From: Candidatus Thorarchaeota archaeon SMTZ1-45
GTDB lineage: Archaea > Asgardarchaeota > Thorarchaeia > Thorarchaeales > Thorarchaeaceae
Assembly (NCBI GenBank): GCA_001563335.1
Contig: LRSL01000077.1
Span: forward strand, 1 to 41,462
Length of the DNA: 41,462 bases
Reading direction: 5' to 3'
Positions 36,746 to 41,462 of the stretch are shown in pieces; position 1 is the first letter of the stretch, and each line of letters begins with the position of its first letter. The position numbers and the translations under genes were made by a program. Under the pieces are notes generated by a model, which worked only from the letters and a program-made list of their open reading frames with translations, was not told the origin of the DNA and made no database searches.

Positions 36746-37915
36746 TCACCTTCTCCTGCGACGTTTGGCTTCCTCTAACTTTTGACCAATATCCACTCTC
36801 GAGAGTCTGTCAGCTAGGATTGGTGATATAATTACAAACACGATGGCAAAAATACCAATTACACTCAAATCTATACTTAGAGTTCCGTAGCTGCCTTCAA
36901 CGAACATTCTGATCAAGCTACGGTATACATTAGCTATTGGCAAATACTCGTTTATTGTGCCAAATGCAACTCCAACTAGCTCTAGAGGTGCAATGCCACC
37001 GCCAACTATCCAGTAGAAAAGACCACAAAGAGCTGCTAGGGGAACCATGAATACAGAGTTACGTACGATAGCACCAAGCAAGAGTCCAACTCCTGAACAG
37101 AATGCTGACAGCAGAAAGGTCAGAGCGAGGAATGTGACAATATCACCATTGGGCCAGACTCCAAACATCAAGTAACTTAGACCAAGAACTATTGGAGGTG
37201 CAATATAGCTTATCACTACACCACTCAACATCTTTCCAAGAAAGATTGAGTGAGTGGACTGATTTGATAAATTGAGTTCATCCCAGGTTTCCTGCTCAAA
37301 CTCTTGAGTTAATGCAGATCCAGCACCAAAAATAGCACCAACCATAATGGCGTAAATAGTGATTGTCCATGCCATATAAGCCAAGCGTGGTGGAGTGAAG
37401 GAACGGAGATTCTCTACCTCAAATGTAACCTGCGTATCTTGGTCGAGATATCTCTGGTAGAATAAATCGAGCTTTCGAATCACAGGCATCCGGAGGTTCT
37501 TTGTCAAGTCCTCATGAACATTAGCTACCCGAATGTGGATGGAAGTGGATTCATTATGCGATAGTGCATATTCGAAACCAATGGGTATTGTGATTACAAG
37601 AAGAAGATCACCATTATCAAATAGCTGTGATGCACGATCTGCATCCATCTCGAGGGGAACGAGTCTAGGGGGGATAGGGTCGTATTCCTCAAGTATCTCA
37701 ATAAATCCGTTTGTAAAAATGCCTGGAGTCTGTTCTTCAACAACCAGTGCCACCTCAACTCCTGATCCATAGTAGACCCCACCCATCAATAGAGTGAAAG
37801 CGGCAAAGAACAGGATGGGAAGAAGAATCACAAGTGATAGCTTACGAGGATTCCTTTTCCAGACTCTCAGTTCTTTCAGAAGGCTTGCTCTCATGACTCT
37901 GAGAAACTGATTCAA
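36746..37915 (-). CDS. ABC-2 type exporter permease
   Basis: KELRVWKRNP, extracellular loop, EFEQETWDEL, IFLGKML, GGGIAP; overlaps the upstream permease stop (TTGA). Confidence 0.9.
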   Translation of the reverse strand: MNQFLRVMRASLLKELRVWKRNPRKLSLVILLPILFFAAFTLLMGGVYYGSGVEVALVVEEQTPGIFTNGFIEILEEYDPIPPRLVPLEMDADRASQLFDNGDLLLVITIPIGFEYALSHNESTSIHIRVANVHEDLTKNLRMPVIRKLDLFYQRYLDQDTQVTFEVENLRSFTPPRLAYMAWTITIYAIMVGAIFGAGSALTQEFEQETWDELNLSNQSTHSIFLGKMLSGVVISYIAPPIVLGLSYLMFGVWPNGDIVTFLALTFLLSAFCSGVGLLLGAIVRNSVFMVPLAALCGLFYWIVGGGIAPLELVGVAFGTINEYLPIANVYRSLIRMFVEGSYGTLSIDLSVIGIFAIVFVIISPILADRLSRVDIGQKLEEAKRRRRR

Positions 37916-39045
37916 GAACGCTCAACCTCCCTTTTCATTAGATGAGTTACAACAGCTGTTAGTACTAACCAGGTTCCAAGGAGGTATAGCGCACTGGGTA
38001 AAAGGCCAAGGAGTGTATCAGAAAAGAAGACGCGAGCCCATAGACCAATAGAATGAGTGGTGGGTAGAACTAGTAGAATGACTCTCAAGGAAAATGGTGT
38101 AAGTCCAATCGGAGCAAGTCCTCCACCACCAAGAAAACCAACTACCGTTAGTAGGACTGCCGCAAGCAATGATTGCTCCCTTTTTCTTGCCTGCATACCT
38201 ATCAATTCACCAAGAGGAACAAGAGCAAGAGTTGTCAGAATGAGAATCCCGAAAAGCGTGAGTAGATTTCCTACTGGGAATACGTTCAAGCTCAGAGTGA
38301 TGACTGGTGTTGTTATCAGGAGTACCAAGAACGAACGAGGGATAGCTGCTATGGTTCGCCCGATCACTATGGCAAGCCTTGACGTGGGAGAGTTTAGCAT
38401 GTCATGAATGGCTCCAGTTTCAAACTCGGTGGCTGTCACTAGAGCTTGGCTTGCCAAAGCACATGTCATGAGTGATAGGAGCAGTCCCACCGCACCCATA
38501 TATGCAAGATTGGATGGAGTTGAAGGTAAGAACAAAGTTTCATCCAACGCAATAAGAGCATTAGACTGGTCAAACTCGGGAGCAATCGCTTCCTGATTAT
38601 ACAGAAGTACTGCAGCTTCAATTCGATGGACGTAGTTTTTGACAACATCATCATTGGCATTATTGATGAAGAGTATCACTATTCCCTTCTGCCCTGAGCT
38701 TATGTTTGCTCCAAATCCTTCAGGAATCAATATGTAGCCAATCAGCTGAGTTGACTGATAGAGTTCAGAGGCGGTTTCCAAGTCGTATCTCTCAATACTA
38801 AACCAAGTATGATTGGTAGTTGAAACCATGTTTTCGATTATTCCCGCCATGTCATCTGCCTCGGGAGACAAATCTTGAACAACTAGACCACAGGCAAAAG
38901 ACTCACCACCACCTACAGAGGTCCACATTATTGAATAGACAAGTAGAAAGACAAATGGGATGATAAGACTGGGAGCAAGAAATCGAGGGTCACGCTTGGC
39001 TTGCTTCAAGTCCTTCTTCACGATTGCTGTGATCTCACGTAGCAT
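37912..39045 (-). CDS. ABC-2 type exporter permease
   Basis: KKDLKQAKRDP, EFETGAIHDMLNSP, IVIGR, GGGLAP, LPTTH. Confidence 0.9.
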   Translation of the reverse strand: MLREITAIVKKDLKQAKRDPRFLAPSLIIPFVFLLVYSIMWTSVGGGESFACGLVVQDLSPEADDMAGIIENMVSTTNHTWFSIERYDLETASELYQSTQLIGYILIPEGFGANISSGQKGIVILFINNANDDVVKNYVHRIEAAVLLYNQEAIAPEFDQSNALIALDETLFLPSTPSNLAYMGAVGLLLSLMTCALASQALVTATEFETGAIHDMLNSPTSRLAIVIGRTIAAIPRSFLVLLITTPVITLSLNVFPVGNLLTLFGILILTTLALVPLGELIGMQARKREQSLLAAVLLTVVGFLGGGGLAPIGLTPFSLRVILLVLPTTHSIGLWARVFFSDTLLGLLPSALYLLGTWLVLTAVVTHLMKREVERS

Positions 39046-39046
39046 A

Positions 39047-40009
39047 CTAATCCCTCAAAATTGAGCCAGTGATTGCTAGAAACACATCACCAAGAGATGG
39101 TTCTCTCATTGATGTTTGCTTCACGACTAGTCCACTTTCAGATAGTCGACTAATTACAAGAGGTAAGTCAGAGTGTCCTGCTTGACTTCGAATCCAGGCT
39201 GTGCGAGGTCCCCCATTCAATGGATCGGACACCTTCTCCACATCGAGCTTGACTTTTTCAGATAGCCATTCAGAGCCAAGTTTGGAGTCCATTCCCTCAA
39301 TCAAGACTTCAATTAGATAGTCCCCAACATGCTTACGCTTTAGTTCACTAGGAGTTCCAGTTGCAACAAGTCGCCCGTTATCAATCACAATCACGCGATC
39401 TGCTAATGCTTCAGCCTCATCCATATAGTTCGTACAGAAAAGAACAGTACGACCCTCATCCTTCATCTTGCGTACTTGATTCCAGATCAAATTTCTGCTT
39501 TGAACATCCACACCCAATGACATCTCATCCAGTATCAGAAGTTCTGAGTCATGAAGTATGGAACGAACAAGTGCCAGCCGCCGTTTCATTCCCCCGGAGT
39601 ATGTCTTCACAAGGTCATCCTTCCGATGTGTCAGCCCAGCAAGCTCAAGCATTCTAGTAATACGGTCATTCACCTCTTCCTTTGGGACTCCATATAGTTC
39701 TGCATGATACTCCAGCGATTCATACGCAGTCAGGTCTTGATAGAGAGCAGTTTCTTGTGGCATGAATCCAATGAGTTTGCGAATTATGTCAAGATTCTCT
39801 ACCACCTCGTGCCCAGAAACCTTCACACTGCCAGAGGTTGGTTTCAGTATTCCAGTGATCAGTTTGACAGTGGTCGATTTACCTGCCCCATTAGGACCTA
39901 GGAGGCCAATAATCTCTCCCTGTTCAACTGAGAAGGAGAGTTCCTCCAAGGCCCTGTGGCCGCCCTTGTAGATATGCGTTAGATTTGACACTTCAACTAT
40001 TGAGGCCAG
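39047..40009 (-). CDS. ABC-2 (DrrA-like) exporter ATP-binding protein
   Basis: GPNGAGKST, YSGGMKRRL, LILDE, TNYMDEAE, REPSLGDVFL. The track start GTG 40018 lies inside the AGGTGA SD; CTG 40009 is 5 nt downstream of it. Confidence 0.93.
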   Translation of the reverse strand: MASIVEVSNLTHIYKGGHRALEELSFSVEQGEIIGLLGPNGAGKSTTVKLITGILKPTSGSVKVSGHEVVENLDIIRKLIGFMPQETALYQDLTAYESLEYHAELYGVPKEEVNDRITRMLELAGLTHRKDDLVKTYSGGMKRRLALVRSILHDSELLILDEMSLGVDVQSRNLIWNQVRKMKDEGRTVLFCTNYMDEAEALADRVIVIDNGRLVATGTPSELKRKHVGDYLIEVLIEGMDSKLGSEWLSEKVKLDVEKVSDPLNGGPRTAWIRSQAGHSDLPLVISRLSESGLVVKQTSMREPSLGDVFLAITGSILRD

Positions 40010-40054
40010 TTGAATCACCTATGTAATAATACCAGACGTAGAACATAGGTTTGG

Positions 40055-40073
40055 TGTCACGAGAGGAGTAACA
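40055..40073. promoter_or_regulatory. Candidate operator TGTCAC-N7-GTAACA
   Basis: Near-palindrome in the divergent ABC/wHTH promoter; matches the copy at 40400-40418. Confidence 0.55.
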
Positions 40074-40114
40074 ATGCATACTTCTTTATGACATGATGAC
40101 TGAAGTGTTTAATC

Positions 40115-40390
40115 ATGTCATTGGAGTTCTTGACTCGTTCAGAGGTCAGAGAGGTCTTGTTTGAGCTGATGTGGGGAGATCGATTTGAGAGAGACCTGAG
40201 GACAAGGACCTCCTCGGATGAAGAGTTCTCTGAGATTAAAGAGAGACTTCTCAAGGAGGAAATTGTCTATCAGTTCCGAGGCGAAAACGATGCCCCATTT
40301 CTGTCCTTGACTGACAAAGGTGTAGCGATCATTAACAGACTCTATGAAATCGAACGGATTCTTGAAGGCGAAGACATCGATGCTGACTAG
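40115..40390 (+). CDS. Small winged-helix-like DNA-binding protein
   Basis: REVLFEL...RLLKEEIV...LSLTDKGVAII wing pattern; TTTATGA about 24 nt upstream. Confidence 0.7.
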   Translation: MSLEFLTRSEVREVLFELMWGDRFERDLRTRTSSDEEFSEIKERLLKEEIVYQFRGENDAPFLSLTDKGVAIINRLYEIERILEGEDIDAD

Positions 40391-40399
40391 AGCTCAATC

Positions 40400-40418
40400 T
40401 GTCACTCCTAAAGTGACA
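40400..40418. promoter_or_regulatory. Candidate operator TGTCACT-N5-AGTGACA upstream of the trmB TATA box
   Basis: Perfect 7-bp palindromic arms; TTTAAAA box at 40424-40430. Confidence 0.6.
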
Positions 40419-40464
40419 AGAGGTTTAAAATTCTAAAGTGCATACTTGTAGAATTGGGATTAGA

Positions 40465-41295
40465 ATGACTCAGAACACAATTGTTGGAGACCTCACAAGT
40501 CTGGGGCTCACAAAGAACGAGGCAAAAGCGTATCATTCTCTCGTTAGGCTTGGAAGATCTTCAGCTAGAGTCATTGCTGAGGACTCAGGGATTCCTAGAA
40601 GCAAGGTGTATGAAACTCTTGGTCTTCTAGAGAAGCGTGGAATCATCAAGAAGGTTTCAGGAAGTGATCCAACACTCTTTGATCCAGCACCGGTTGATGC
40701 AGCCTTGGACCATCTTGAAGAGAAAGTCAAGAGCTCAGCAACGAGTGCAAGAAAGATGTTGAGGGGACTTCAATCTCTTAGGGGCACGGAGGCTAAGGAG
40801 TTTGCTTGGGCAGTGCAGGGCATGGAGCAGGTCATCATGGGTTTACGAACCGCTATAGAAAACGCTCAAGAGTATGTGTTCATAGCATCAGCCTCTCCTA
40901 TTCTGTTAAGCCATCTTAGAGGAGCTTTTAGTGCAGCAAAAAGTCGAGGTGTCAAGATTGAGTTATTCACGACATCACTAGGATCAAAAGAAGTTCCTGG
41001 TCTTGACCACTATCTGCAAGTAACCATAGCAATGCCCAGCAAAGACCTTTTGATTGAGAGTTTCAAAGAGATATTTCAAGCACCAGCATTGTCAACAGAA
41101 GAGTGGGAACCAACCCGGATGTTAATCATGAATGTTGATGGACGGGAAAGCATAGGGGTATTCCTGCCAGGGGATGAATCCTCACAACCATGGGCATTAC
41201 ACATTCGAAGTCGTCTTGTGGTATTGATTCAATGGCAGGTTGTGAAGACCGTAATCTCAAGTGTAGAGGCGATAATTCAAAACAGGATGTCTTAG
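40465..41295 (+). CDS. TrmB family transcriptional regulator
   Basis: LGLTKNEAKAYHSL...IAEDSGIPRSKVYETLGLLEKRG, then effector domain (IENAQEYVFI, RGVKIELF, VDG); ATG 40465. Confidence 0.92.
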   Translation: MTQNTIVGDLTSLGLTKNEAKAYHSLVRLGRSSARVIAEDSGIPRSKVYETLGLLEKRGIIKKVSGSDPTLFDPAPVDAALDHLEEKVKSSATSARKMLRGLQSLRGTEAKEFAWAVQGMEQVIMGLRTAIENAQEYVFIASASPILLSHLRGAFSAAKSRGVKIELFTTSLGSKEVPGLDHYLQVTIAMPSKDLLIESFKEIFQAPALSTEEWEPTRMLIMNVDGRESIGVFLPGDESSQPWALHIRSRLVVLIQWQVVKTVISSVEAIIQNRMS

Positions 41296-41380
41296 GTCAA
41301 CATATCCTACTATATTGAAAAATTCTTTTCGATTCATATTTTAACCAGCCTTGAGGTTGTATCACAGGAGTGAGTGAATT

Positions 41381-41462
41381 TTGAACGAGGCTCATCTTTC
41401 AGCTCTCAAGTGTCCAAAGTGTGGCAAGAGGCTCCGTTTGAACGGAAATTTCACCCCTTTAT
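41381..41462 (+). CDS. 5' end of a gene with an N-terminal zinc-ribbon (Trm112-like), truncated by the window edge
   Basis: GGAGTGA then TTG: MNEAHLSALKCPKCGKRLRLNGNFTPL. Confidence 0.6.
   Translation, partial: MNEAHLSALKCPKCGKRLRLNGNFTPL

Noticed and set aside
1-41462. CRISPR arrays, tRNA/rRNA genes, IS elements, defence systems
   Set aside because: None recognised by eye; a tRNAscan/Infernal/CRISPR scan was not possible, so short or divergent elements could be missed.

Overview
Archaeal chromosomal window. Archaeal uS19, GGAGGTGA-type ribosome-binding sites, a TrmB regulator and large beta-helix/Ig-repeat surface proteins point to an archaeon; the style suggests Asgard, probably Thorarchaeia, which is inference only. 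The core is a ~9 kb minus-strand heterodisulfide-reductase-like operon: hdrC-hdrB-hdrA'(QmoA-like)-hdrA''+mvhD(QmoB-like)-ferredoxin+mvhD-hdrA-hdrC-hdrB. It has no hydrogenase, formate dehydrogenase or Flx donor module in the window and lies one gene away from co-oriented etfB-etfA (ferredoxin-fused). Other content: two large surface proteins, a CPBP protease, an orphan 3' remnant of a second etfA, a stand-alone uS19 gene, a K+-independent-type H+-pyrophosphatase, M14 and M42 peptidases, flavodoxin, a Cys-rich thioredoxin, MFS, GNAT, an ABC-2 exporter, and wHTH/TrmB regulators with a repeated candidate operator. A recurring signal not visible in the ORF track is that several genes appear to start at CUG or AUC/AUA codons placed at normal spacing from strong Shine-Dalgarno motifs. 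No rRNA, tRNA, CRISPR array or transposase was recognised.
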